DNA of 64,000 nt from Eledone cirrhosa (taxonomy: Eukaryota), in NCBI GenBank assembly GCA_964016885.1, contig OZ024758.1:4588001-4652000 (forward strand). The letters run 5' to 3'. The notes under the pieces were generated by a model, which had not been told where the DNA came from, did not search any database, and worked only from the letters and a program-made list of their open reading frames with translations. Positions 26,120 to 42,950 of this stretch are shown in pieces. Both the position numbers and the translations under genes were made by a program. Within the stretch, counting starts at the first letter, position 1. Each line of letters starts with the position of its first letter.

Positions 26120-26665
26120 CACCATCAACATCATCTGGTGGCCTCAGCCGAATGGACACAATAATTGATCTCCACGTAGGTCTGTCGTTCATCACCGTTG
26201 CCAAATCCTGTATTTCAATACCAGAATCTCTGGAGATGACTCCGGGATAGGAGGGCTTGCACCTTCTGTTATTAGTGACTTTCCCAGTAACAATTCAACT
26301 AATCTTGCTGTATGGCAGTGAAACATGGACGGTTTCATCCAAACAACAAAAACGCTATTCACGGGACCTACACTCGCCTACTTCGACACATTCAGAACTG
26401 AACTGGCGACATCTGACTTTGAGAGAGATATATGCCGGCCTCACAAGCATATCTGTCGTTGCACATAAAAGGAGAGTAAGATCTTCTGGCCACTGCCATT
26501 GTGCCGCCTACGAGGCTGTGTCCCCATTAGTGCTTTGGAAACCACAAATAGTCACTAATAACATAGGGCGCAAGCTCTCCTATCCCGATTTGCTGGCCAC
26601 TGCCATCATGCCACCTATGAGGCTGTGCCCCCATTAGTGCTTTGGAAACCATAAGCAGTCACTTA
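26120..26665. mobile_element. RTE-type LINE fragment with internal inversion
   Basis: 26281-26590 (+) encodes ILLYGSETWT...GHC...LVLWKP; 26120-26280 (-) encodes the following SRDSGIEIQDLATVMNDRPTWR; same family as 50640-50875. Confidence 0.8.
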
Positions 26666-27139
26666 TAGAGAAATACTTGGTGATCACACACTCGAGACGG
26701 TGTGGCACTAAAAACGTCCTCTGTAAACAATTATTATTGACTACTGCGGGGAAATAAAATATTTTTCTGCGACAAATTAACTGAGATTTATGATTCACAC
26801 TAGCTCAAATAAACGATCTGAATTATTTCTGGATCATTCTTTCGGGTTTGTTTATGTTGTAGTTATAATGATATTCTATTCCTATATTATCTTTCATACA
26901 TTGGTATTATTATACAATAATATTAGTCCCGGATTTACACAGTATTTTCTTTCCATCTCGTAAATCATCATGAGATTACACCGAGTGTTGAAAGCGGTTT
27001 GTGCACCAATAGGTTAAAAATCTCCTAAAGCTAGCTATATATATAATAGTATTAATAATAACAGAATTGTTATTATTCGGTATCAATTTTACTAGAGGGT
27101 TTAAAGCTCGATGTATTGGGGTTCATATACGTATATATG

Positions 27140-27172
<33 letters not shown>

Positions 27173-27249
27173 CGAGAGCGAGAGGGATAGCTGAAAAGTT
27201 CTCATTTCCAGGTTTAAGATTTTGGTGGCGGCGTGGTAGCTGAAAATTT

Positions 27250-27437
27250 ATAATTGTTTCTACTTTTGGCCCAAGGCCAGCAATTATCCAGTACATTACT
27301 GGTACTTTATTTTATCGACCCCGTAAGAATTAAAGGAGAAGTTAACCTTGGCGGGATTTGAACTCAGACTGTAAAGGGACGTAACTATGCTGGAAAGGAT
27401 GGCGTCCGACCCCCTACCGATACTGCCAATCCACCGC
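27250..27437 (-). mobile_element. SINE family 1
   Basis: Reverse complement of consensus. Confidence 0.85.
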
Positions 27438-27711
27438 TTATAATGCTCGTGAGAAGCATATTTTAATGTCCTTGACATGATATGAAAATGAACTTCAACT
27501 CAATTCTGGTTGTCATATAACCCTGGGCAATTTGTACTGTAGCCTCTCCGAGACTGAACATAATTTATGTATCTGTATGTCTATTCTTATCAATAGATTA
27601 ATTTCTATTGATGTATATTTATTTGTGTTACGAGACAAAATAAATGTATATAAATCAATCTCTTCTGCCACTCCCCTCTCTCTCTTTTTTTTCTCATGTA
27701 CACACACACAT

Positions 27712-27780
<69 letters not shown>

Positions 27781-27872
27781 TTGGTTAAGCAAAACAAGAC
27801 CACACATTTCACAATCTCTCTTCTCCTCTCCTACCTCCATCTCTCTCTTTAAGATTGGTTACTCTTGAACTG

Positions 27873-27905
<33 letters not shown>

Positions 27906-29266
27906 CTGTGTTGTAATGTAACAGAGTTAGATTTAAAGAAAAACTACACAAATCATGTTGAATTGTTCTGTATTCTATGAATCTATCAGAGAACAAAATA
28001 TTGTAATATAAGTGGATATGCCTCGAAATCCTGGCGGGTGTTTAGCTTTAAGCAATGTTTCTAAAGATTTGAGTTAGTAGCTGTGCTGAGTTGCTTAGCG
28101 TTAAATGTGCTTCCTAAATATACAGTGAATTGCCTGCAGTAGATTCCTAATATAATAATATTAAAATAAATTGTTGCATTGGATTATAATGCTAAGTTAG
28201 CTTATAGCATTCACTACAAGAGATTGGAATATGTAAAAAGTAAATATATTCAATAACCTGGGGTGAATTCTGTAATGTCCCGATATTTAACTCTGACTAC
28301 ATATCTTATAACTGATATGATAGAGAAAATGTATTCTAGATAGCTTACAATGTGGTTTTTTTTTTTTTATCCCCACACGTTTCTATGATATAGATAGAAG
28401 GACGGGCATAACATTGAGAATTCTCTCCAGCAAATCCTTTTCCTAAAGGCAAACGAGCTTCTACGTAATCGTTTGATCTGCTAGAAACAAAACCCAAGTG
28501 CTTGTTACATTATACTATAATGTTTTAAGAAATGAAAGACATATTGGGTGATGCCGGCATTGTTACAGTAAATCAGGTAAAAATGGAAGCGATCGTTTTA
28601 GACAAAACGCCTTGATTATAGGCCTGATCTAGCTCATAAGCTCATAATAAAAATAGAACTTCGACCAGATTTTACAAGGATTTGAACATAGATGATATTA
28701 GATTGCAATCCAATATCATACGAAATATGTGTTTCGGTTCAGCAAGCAAACATATTAATCCTGTCTTTTAATCTAGTTCGTCTTGAAGAGAAAATTGCGA
28801 ATAATAGGCACTTTACTTATAGTGGATAGCATAATATAGATTTTATTTTTAGGAGACGCAAATGCGTCTTTTGTAATGGCGTAATATAGTCGGCTGATTC
28901 TTAAACTCAAGAAAATGAATGTTAATATTAATCACAGCGCCGGAACTGGGAATTGAATAGGAAAAATATTGAAAGTAAATACTGCAAAATATTCCTCAGC
29001 TCGTCCATCATCATCATCATCGCTCTAAAAATGATGTATGAAACTGCAGACTTAACCGATAGCATGTAATTTCGTATATTATGCATCAATAATTGTCTCT
29101 TTTAGTTTGCATTTGTTATGAGTAGTATGATATAAATATATGCAAACTATTTTGTTATGCAGTTAGAATTATGATGCAGTTATTTAGAATAGATAAAATT
29201 GATGTGGTTAGAAATAATAGCGCTCTTAGCTTTCTTTAGCTTGACTAGATTACAAGAAGTAATATA

Positions 29267-33466
<4,200 letters not shown>

Positions 33467-33711
33467 TTTATTAAAATAACAGATTAAAGTTTAAGCAAAG
33501 AATCGCTGCTTTCACCCTTAACGGGATCTTCTGAAACTAACAAAGTCAATCTGTAAACGCAGAACTGGATATTTCAAAAAACGTTGCAACCGGAGGAAGA
33601 CAGGAAGACGATACTTTGGTTCGTGGAAACGTTCGCTGGCAAAGAACGGGAAAAAACGAATAATACGTCATCGAGCCCTCTTTGGATTTTAGTCTTCAAT
33701 TTTATTATTAT

Positions 33712-33714
<3 letters not shown>
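33467..33714. mobile_element. TA-embedded family C element, divergent (tail-to-tail) arrangement
   Basis: 33467-33538 matches 62223-62296; 33670-33714 is the reverse complement of 62136-62180; TA on both sides. Confidence 0.75.
33479..33554 (-). ncRNA. Extended type I hammerhead-like RNA with variant core CAGAAGA
   Basis: Minus: ACAGATTGA-ctttgtt-AGTTT-CAGAAGA-T-CCC gttaa GGG-T-GAAA-GCA gcgattctt TGC-T-T-AAACT-TTAATCTGT; all three stems and a 9 bp distal stem I pair. Confidence 0.7.
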
Positions 33715-33758
<44 letters not shown>

Positions 33759-33774
33759 CACAAAACGAGCAGCC

Positions 33775-34480
33775 ATTAACTTCGATTTCAACTGAATGTA
33801 GAGCTAGAAATGATACGGAGCTGGGTCTGAGCTGTAGAAATGATGGGCAAGGGTGGAAAGTTGTTCTTCCTCAGAAATTCTCTAATTGAAAGTGTTGTGT
33901 GAGCAAGTGGGTTATCGTGATGAGGAAACCAGTAACCAATCTCCTGCAGTATACTTTCGGACTCGTGGGACCCGTTTTTGAAGTAGATCTAAGACATTTT
34001 TGTAGAAAGTGCGATTAACTGTCTGTCCTGGAGATAATAATTATTTGTGAACAATACCACGCCTTTCGAAAAACAATGAAACCATCTTTTTTACCCTGGA
34101 TCAACTCATGCGTGCTTCTTCGGACGAATAAAACTTTTTATGTTCCACTCCTCACTTTGGTGTTTTGTCTCTGGATAATTCAACAACATATCTGATTCAT
34201 CTACTGTTATTACTTCATCCCAAAAATGTCGCTCAATTTCTATCAAATTCTGACAAATTTCCAACAAGTTCGCTTTTTTACTCCACAAATAAATTTTTAG
34301 CACAAGTAGTTTGCACAAGTTTAGCACAAGTAGTTTGTTAAATTATGTGAACATCATTTTTCTCCAAACTCGTTTCTTCTGCAATCATCTTAACACGTAA
34401 TCGCTGATCTTTTGCTTTCACTGCTCGCACCACTTTCCCATTTTGTTAATTTCTTGACGAGATTCACTTTACATCTCGGC
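33775..34480 (-). mobile_element. Decayed mariner transposase
   Basis: VITVDES...YPETKHQSEEW...RPKK (cf. VTGDETW...PETK.QS), WFPHHDNPLAHTTLSIREFL and HFYSSDPAP (cf. HDNA and YSPDLAP), with frameshifts. Confidence 0.85.
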
Positions 34481-35782
34481 AGGGTGGCATCTCAATAAGC
34501 TTGTGCTAAAGAACTAAATATTTCGGTGGCCATTTTGTCCTTCTATAAGGGTATATATTTTACCTGGTTTTCTAAATCTGCATTCGTGGCTATTTTCTTA
34601 TATTTTAAGATGTTCTACATATCTAAATATCTAAATATAAATCAATATTTTCTACAGGATGATCAAAGAAAGGTGTTTTAAACTACATTCACACGCCCCT
34701 CTTTATATCACGTCATGCTTGACAATGTTTGTTCATGTACATTTATATATTATATTATTTCTCCTTTTCACTATCTTTCTATCGCGTAATGCATCTTCAT
34801 AGCTACGTATCATTCCGCCATTTTTATTATTTTATCACATCACACGCAACAAGATATATGAACTGTACGTACTTATAGAAGCAAATCTTTTCCTGACCTA
34901 TATTGGAAGTATCTCTAATTGCTGGATTTATAATCCTGACGTAACATTCTTCTCTCTATTTGTTTAATTATTATATCAACGTTTCATAAACAGTATACCT
35001 CCCAATTACATATACTCAATATAATACTCACACACATACACACACATACACACACAAACATAAACATACATGCATACACACTCAAACACAAATATATATC
35101 TATATGTATGTGTATATATATATAAATATATGTGTGTGTGTATGTGTATGTGTGTGTATGTATGTATGTATGTATATATATATATTTATACATACACATA
35201 TATAAAGATTTATCTGCCTATATATATATACATTTATATATACACTTATATATATATATATATATATATACAGATTTATTTAATTATTAGAATATATATT
35301 GCAACTTAATTATATAGAGAAAAAACATTTATAATATTATCATTTGAATTGTGTGAGATCGTTGGAAGAATTTATTGCGTATAATTAGATTTGAGGTATT
35401 CGTACAGAGACGAATGTTAATAATTAGATTAAATCATGTTTCAATCTGCGATATTTATTAAAATACCTCGATTATATATTTTATTAAATTTTAGATGAAT
35501 CTTCGCTATTACAGCAACGATCTTGGGTGGCGAAGGAGAGGGGGTGGTTTTTAGAATTACGATTTCATAAGCTGAAAAAATCTGTAATATATGTAATTGA
35601 TCATGTGATGGGTTGGAGTTGGATGGCTAATTAAATACAAACAGTATATAAAAGAGTAAAACATATATATATATATATAATATGGATATAAACTTGTGTA
35701 CTACGTAGCGTTCTTTTTGAAAATATGAAAACAAAACAATGCTCTTGTTGCTATTTTTGTTGGTTTTAATTCGATTTTTTTA

Positions 35783-35917
35783 AATAATAATTGTTTCTAC
35801 TTTAGGCACAAGGCCAGCAATTACCCAGTGCATTACTGGTACTTTATTTTATCGACCCCGTAAGGATGAAAGGCAAAGTCAACCTCGGCGGGATTTGATT
35901 CAGAATGGCAAGGGCCG
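35783..35917 (-). mobile_element. SINE family 1, 5'-truncated
   Basis: Reverse complement of consensus, inside (AAT)n. Confidence 0.85.
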
Positions 35918-36219
35918 TATAATAATAATAATGAAATTATTATGTACAGTTCTCAGGTGCACTACAACTCATCAAAGGTTCATGTATAGTACATAGAATA
36001 ATCTACAAATGTCAGAAAAATGAACAGTGTATGAGTCATGAAATACATGTGTGCGTGTGTATGGAGGGAGGTCATCAGGTGTAGTGTTGGCGAATCTCAG
36101 GATGCATTGATGTTCTAACAATACCTTAAATATTTCCTGTATGTTGTGTATATTTCTTCTTATCGAAGACCGTGACAGTAACAAGGAACTATGTTCATCA
36201 CAAGTAGGAAAATACACTC

Positions 36220-36425
36220 TTGTCAGATACAATGTGTCCGTACATAGAAGAGCCGAATTCCCACTGTCATCGCCCCTATCTCTCTCCCCCCCCCCCCCCA
36301 TCTCTCTGTATAGTGAGCTAATCGGGTCCTTCATGCTAACCGCCCCACATCCCAAGCGGACAGAATGGAGAAGACGTTTCCCTGGAGGATGGTAAGGGAG
36401 GTGCGCTGGAAGAGCCATTCGATCT
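36220..36425. repeat. GC-rich dispersed repeat, probably LINE-derived
   Basis: GAAGAGCCGAA(T/C)TCCCACT(G/A)TCATCGCC...GCGGACAGAAT shared with 63630-63800. Confidence 0.55.
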
Positions 36426-36453
36426 CTTTTTATTATTATTGTTGTTGTTCTAA

Positions 36454-36670
36454 GGGCGGTGGATTGGCAGTATCGGTAGAGGGTCGGACGCAATGCTTTG
36501 CAGCATTGAGTTACGGCCCTTTATGATCCGAGTTCAATTCCTTCGAGGTTAACTTTGCCTTTCATCCTTACGGGGTCGATAAAATAAAGTACCAGTCCCT
36601 CACTGGGGTCGATTTAATCGACTTTCTCCTCCCCCAAAATTGCTGGCCTTGTGCCTATATAAGAAACTAT
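36454..36670 (+). mobile_element. SINE family 1, full length
   Basis: Consensus match; flanked by TATTATTATTGTTGTTGTT on both sides. Confidence 0.9.
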
Positions 36671-37264
36671 TATTATTATTGTTGTTGTTGTTGATAATTT
36701 CCAGATATAATCTGACATCAAGAATATCTAATTTTAGAACAGATCAAACAATCTGAAAAGATTTGCTTGCTATTTCCAGCAGATATATCGACCACATAGA
36801 CATCCATTCAATGAAATAAGTAGCAGAAAATTAGTTGATTATTCTGTAACATGAATTTCATATCAAAAGATTAAAACATAACATGGATTTGTAAAGCATA
36901 GAAGACATGAAGTATGGGAGAGTGGGAGGATTGTTGAGTGGGGGGGAGGAGACTAAGTTAATGAGTTCATTCAGATTCATTAATAAACACACAGAGAAGA
37001 TTTCCAGACATAGAGCTTAATGTAAAACGAGAGCAATCATCAGTCAAAAATAACTAATTTAGATATAAATCAATATTTAGTGTCAAGATATAGTAAATAT
37101 TTTATAATCTAGCCTGCACTAATTAGAATAAAAGAATAAAATAACATCTATATACAAATACATAGAAGCATACATACACATATATATACGTATATGTACA
37201 TATATAGAGAGACATGCACACACACACACACATGTATACATATATACATATATACATATAATAT

Positions 37265-37425
37265 AAAACGAAAAATCAGTGATGCATGTGAACTCAATTT
37301 ATTGTGTGTTACAATTGTTTCGCCGGCGGACAGCTCGAGACGCGATCATTGTGTCGATCTGTCTGATTCTGGACCCGCAGGTTCGACGGACACGTCTAAT
37401 GATATCGGAGCACATTCTTCCACTC
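37265..37425 (-). mobile_element. TA-embedded relative of family F with damaged hammerhead
   Basis: ACAATTGTTTCGCCGGCGGA----CAGCTCGAGA aligns to 1935-1970 with the core AAGA deleted. Confidence 0.55.
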
Positions 37426-37458
37426 ATATATACATATATAGAGAGAGAGATAGAGAGG

Positions 37459-37537
<79 letters not shown>

Positions 37538-37539
37538 TA

Positions 37540-37825
37540 TATTTCTTTATTAGCCACAAGGGCGCACAAAAAAAGGGGACAATACAAAGACATGCCGGGG
37601 ATTTTACATAGTCGTGTAAAAAATATAAAAACAAACAATTATAACAATCGAAATCCCCAATAGCGGGGAGGCGCCACAAATGGGTTGTTTAATACCCCGT
37701 CGATAGAACAACCCTCAACTCCAGGAGCGTGTTGTGCAAGTGTTCCTTTCTTCCTTTTGCTCTCTTCTTCAACCTACAGGCTTATAAACAGAGAAGGCCC
37801 AATCACTCGGGCCATTTTCGCCTAT
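37540..37825 (-). mobile_element. Probable LINE 3' UTR between (GACA)n and (GATA)n tracts
   Basis: Minus strand ends TTTGTGCGCCCTTGTGGCTAATAAAGAAAT (polyA signal) directly at the microsatellite. Confidence 0.45.
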
Positions 37826-37995
37826 AGATAGATAGATAGATAGCATCGCATTATCCCACGTTTACTTTTTATGAACATGGACGGACAATTTCTTTCGAGG
37901 GAGATTTCGCTAGCTACTATTTATAACAAAATGAGCTGCCATATCGAGGTCTATTCTTCGGCTCCCATTTTTATATGCATTATCTTTAGTAAGTT

Positions 37996-38179
37996 GGTGG
38001 TGGATTGGCAGTATTGGTAGAGGGTCGGACGCCATGCTTTGACGCACAGTTACGGCCCTTGCCATTCTGAGTTCAAATCCCACCGAGGTTAAATTTGCCT
38101 TTCATCCTTACGGGGTCGATAAAATAAAGTACCAGTAATACACTGGTTAATTGCTGGCCTTGTGCCTAACGTAGAAACA
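37996..38179 (+). mobile_element. SINE family 1 with 17 bp TSD
   Basis: ATTATCTTTAGTAAGTT at 37979-37995 and 38180-38196. Confidence 0.9.
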
Positions 38180-38489
38180 ATTATCTTTAGTAAGTTATCG
38201 TCAATAACCAGCTTGTCATTTGCTATATTTTCCTTCTAGCAACTAGCTATTTTCTAAGCAGAGCCGAAAGATAATCTAATCCATGGTATGATCTGTTTCA
38301 AAACGAACTTTGTATTCGCTGTAGTAAACCTAATAATTTACTACACTGTAATAAGGGAATAAAAATAAAATGACTCGCAACCAAGCAGAAAATAATCTCT
38401 TATTATATCAAATCACTATTGTAGCATTCGGGGATATATAATATATATATATATATAATAGTTGCCTCGTTATACTCTTAAAAATAGCT

Positions 38490-39051
<562 letters not shown>

Positions 39052-39342
39052 GAAGCTCGCATTAAATGGTAGGTTGAAAATAAATAACTGCTAACATTAC
39101 CAAACAAAGTCTCTCAACGATCTGCCTGGCCTATTTCCTTTCACATGATTCTATTTATTTCATATATTATCTTCTATTTCTATATATCTCACAACACTCG
39201 TTTGTGTTGTGAGATTTCTCAGTAAAATACTATAGCAGAGTAGTATGTCTAAAGAAGAGAAACATGTATAGTAAATGAGATAGAAATCCTATTTGAAATC
39301 ACGAACGTAGCCACTGGTTCATTATTTCACATAACGACATAA

Positions 39343-39712
39343 GTATCGGTAAGGGTCGGACATGCTTTCCAGCATAGTTACGTCCCTTTACGATCTGAGT
39401 TCAAATCCCACCGAGGTTGACTTTGCCTTTCATCCTTACGGGGTCGATAAAATAAAGTACCTATAATGCATCTGGGTATTTGCTGGCCTTGTGCCTAAAG
39501 TAGAAACAATTATTTCACATAAGGACGGTAGATTGGCAGTATCGGTAGAGGATCAGACGCCATGCTTTTCAGCATAGTGTTACAGCCCTTTACGGTCAGA
39601 GTTAAAATCCTGCTGAGGTCAACTTTGCCTTTTATCATTCCTGATTGATAAAATAAAGTACCAGTAATGCACTGGCGTAATTGCTGGCTTTGTGCCAAAG
39701 GTAGAAACAATT
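39343..39712 (+). mobile_element. Two tandem SINE family 1 copies
   Basis: First copy flanked by ATTATTTCACATAA (39321-39334, 39509-39522); second at ~39524-39712. Confidence 0.85.
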
Positions 39713-39898
39713 ATATATTTCTAGTAATTTCTGGTGGGTCAATATTTTACGTACTTCCGTCCTGAGATCTGCTGTACTTCCCTGTGCTGAGATTTCATAT
39801 AATTTTCTCTTTCAAATCTGCACTTAGAGAGTCAAGTTCGTTTCTTTCTAGTGAATCAAGTTTGTTTCTTTCCAGGTACTATGTTGTAAAATAAACCT

Positions 39899-40049
39899 TA
39901 GTCAATCAATGATAAACGTTGATTGCCAAATAAATTAACTATGGAGATATAAAAGATAAAGAAGTCAAACCAACCAAGCAGTGAGTGTGTTCTGTTATTA
40001 TTTCTGGCAATATTATTACAACAATATTACCCTCCCCAAGTATAACAAT
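39899..40049 (+). mobile_element. Repeat family X, uninterrupted copy
   Basis: Colinear with the flanks of the SINEs at 8379 and 11788; ends at (TA)n. Confidence 0.7.
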
Positions 40050-41059
40050 ATATATATATATATAACTCTTTCTTTTTAAGAATTGTCCCTCATTTTCTGA
40101 ATAATGTCACTTTGACGAATCAAAGATAAGGAAGAAAAAGAAAAACAGACCCTTAAATATATTTTCAGTGCTATTTACAATCTCACTTTTTCTTGTTAAC
40201 AACTGTTTTCTATAGAACCTTACTTCCCTTTTCAAATATATATATGTGTGTGTGACTGTGTGTGTGTGTGCGTACATACAGGCGCATGGTTGACCGTGTA
40301 TGTGTGGGTGGGAGGCCACACGCCAGTGTCAGCATTTCTTATATATGTATATACTAGTTAATAGATTTATCACAATTTTCTATATCTAGTTTTTGATTTG
40401 TGGTGTTTCAAAAGAGAGCCACCCACTTTGACTGAATAATTTTTCATATTTATTTACTTTCTCCCAACTTAAATTATTCCTTCATTAAACTGATCATCAC
40501 GCATGCAAAAGTTTGAAAGATGGCGGCGTAATAACAGACATATGGAAGAGTGCATTCTGGCTACCTGAAACAGGTAAAATATAGCGACATCAAAGTCCTT
40601 CTTTCAAGAATTGCACTTCCTCTTTTAACTGAAACTGAATTAATTCGTTTTTTTCTGCACACATGAGTCTGCGTGCCAATAAAACTCGTGCCTGAAGCCA
40701 TCACAAAACGGTATATGGGAAGCGTGCATTGCAAAAAAAGTTTCGCTTTTGTAATCTTTTGTTTTGATTTTTAGAACCAGACGGAAATTTCATTTCTGGT
40801 GTATGAAAGAAACCCTAAGGAAGCTCTGGCTTATAAAAATTACCAGAATACTTGGCAATTAATTAAAGGATCTTCAAAAGCCCTCCCTTAGCCGAAGAGT
40901 TAAATAACTGTTAACACACGCGACAGAAGATGAAACAAGCACGCTTCTGATCTTAAAACACACACGTACACACAAACACATACACATACACACAATCTCT
41001 CACATGCACATAAACACACACACACACATATATATATATTCATACATACATAAATATAT

Positions 41060-41159
41060 ACATACATACATGCATACCAACATATATACATACATGCATA
41101 TATATATACACACACACATATATATACATACACGCATACCAACATATTTACATACATGC

Positions 41160-41190
<31 letters not shown>

Positions 41191-41524
41191 TACCAACATA
41201 TATACATACATGCTTATATATATACACACGCACATACCAACATATATACATACATATATATACACACACACACATACCAACATGTATACATACATGCATA
41301 TATATACACACACACATACCAACATGTATACATACATGCATATATATACACACACACATTATATATGCATGTATGTATACATGTTGGTATGTGTGTGTGT
41401 GTGTATATATATATGCATGTATGTATACATGCATATATATATATACACACACACACATACCAACATGTATACATACATGCATATATACACACACATACCA
41501 ACATGTATACATACATGCATATAT

Positions 41525-41535
<11 letters not shown>
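41060..41535. repeat. ~40 bp minisatellite CATACCAACATRTATACATACATGCATATA with one inverted block
   Basis: About 9 forward units; 41360-41432 is in reverse orientation. Confidence 0.85.
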
Positions 41536-41572
<37 letters not shown>

Positions 41573-41664
41573 CTTTTTAATTTGTTATATACAACAAAAT
41601 ACCAGTATTGAAAGAGAACTTAAATGCGTGATGTGTGAATATTTTCGAAGCATGCAAATTTCAA

Positions 41665-41726
<62 letters not shown>

Positions 41727-42304
41727 TCGTTATTAGTGTTGCTCCAACATTTGTTTCAATCTTACAAAATATACACATCCACGTGGAATTGCGGACAAAT
41801 ATTTGTTTCTCTCAAGTTCTATAATAACGAAAATTATGTAGAATGTTGTACAAATGCTGAAATGTATAACATTTTTAAATGAATCCTTACTCAAAATGTT
41901 TAAGGTATCACCAAGATCATATAGAGGCCATGTTAAGCAGTCTCAGCTACAACGAATACCACCTCGGTTAGAATTTAGTGGATTATCTCTCTCCATGATG
42001 TCAGTTATTCCTGATCTTACCGTCATCATAAATAATTTAATCGCACAAGAGTGAAGGGTATCGGATGGTAGTTTCCTGCAAACAACATATCTCCCTATTT
42101 GAAAATTAGAATGAACACTTTCAATTTTCACCAACTGAAGATGTTACACGCTGGGGTCTGTAAGCAACAGGAAACTGTACGCAACGTAGATAGGTTCAGT
42201 TCTTCAGTAGTTTTTAAGTTGGTCATTTATTACAAAGGTTTTGTCCAGTTTACCGTATGTTATGTCAGATATGATATAACGCGGTAATGCCGAGTATATT
42301 GGCG

Positions 42305-42950
42305 CTGCTTAAATCAGCATCTGTGGATCCCTGGAAACAGTAGTACTAGAGAATTGCTACCATTCCTTTCTTGTTGTGGAAAATAATGGTTTGTCTCTGC
42401 TTAAGTTTGCATCTGTGGATCTTTGAAAACACTAGTACTAGAGAATTGCTACCATTCCTTTCTTGACGTTGTGGAAAATAATGGTTTGTCTCTGCTTAAG
42501 TTTGCATCTGTGGATCTTTGAAAACACTAGTACTAGAGAATTGCTACCATTCCTTTCTTGTTGTGGAAAATAATGGTTTGTCTCTGCTTAAGTTTGCATC
42601 TGTGGATCTTTGAAAACACTAGTACTAGAGAATTGCTACCATTCCTTGTCGTTGTGGAAAATAATGGTTTGTCTCTGCTTAAGTTTGCATCTGTGGATCT
42701 CTGAAAACACTAGTACTAGAGAATTGCTACCATTCCTTTCTTGTCGTTGTGGAAAATAATGATTTGTCTCTGCTTAAGTTTGCATCTGTGGATCTCTGAA
42801 AACAGTGATGGCAGAGAATCTCCTCCTTTCTTTTCCTGTCATTGTAGAGCATAATGTTTTGATGCTGCTTAAGTCAAGTTATGTAGGATTCCTGAAAACA
42901 GGAGTACTAGTACTAAAGAACTCTACCTTTTCTTTTCATATTGTAGAGAA
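42305..42950. repeat. ~76-79 bp tandem repeat, about 8 copies
   Basis: CTGCTTAAGTTTGCATCTGTGGATCT(T/C)TGAAAACACTAGTACTAGAGAATTGCTACCATTCC...; central copies near identical. Confidence 0.9.

Noticed and set aside
42135-42192. CTGAAGA...GAAAC possible hammerhead
   Set aside because: Stem II register does not abut GAAA cleanly, no stem I, not TA-flanked
42305-42950. Regular repeats resembling a CRISPR array (also 54020-54352, 58008-58545)
   Set aside because: No unique spacers, no cas genes, eukaryotic context; plain minisatellites
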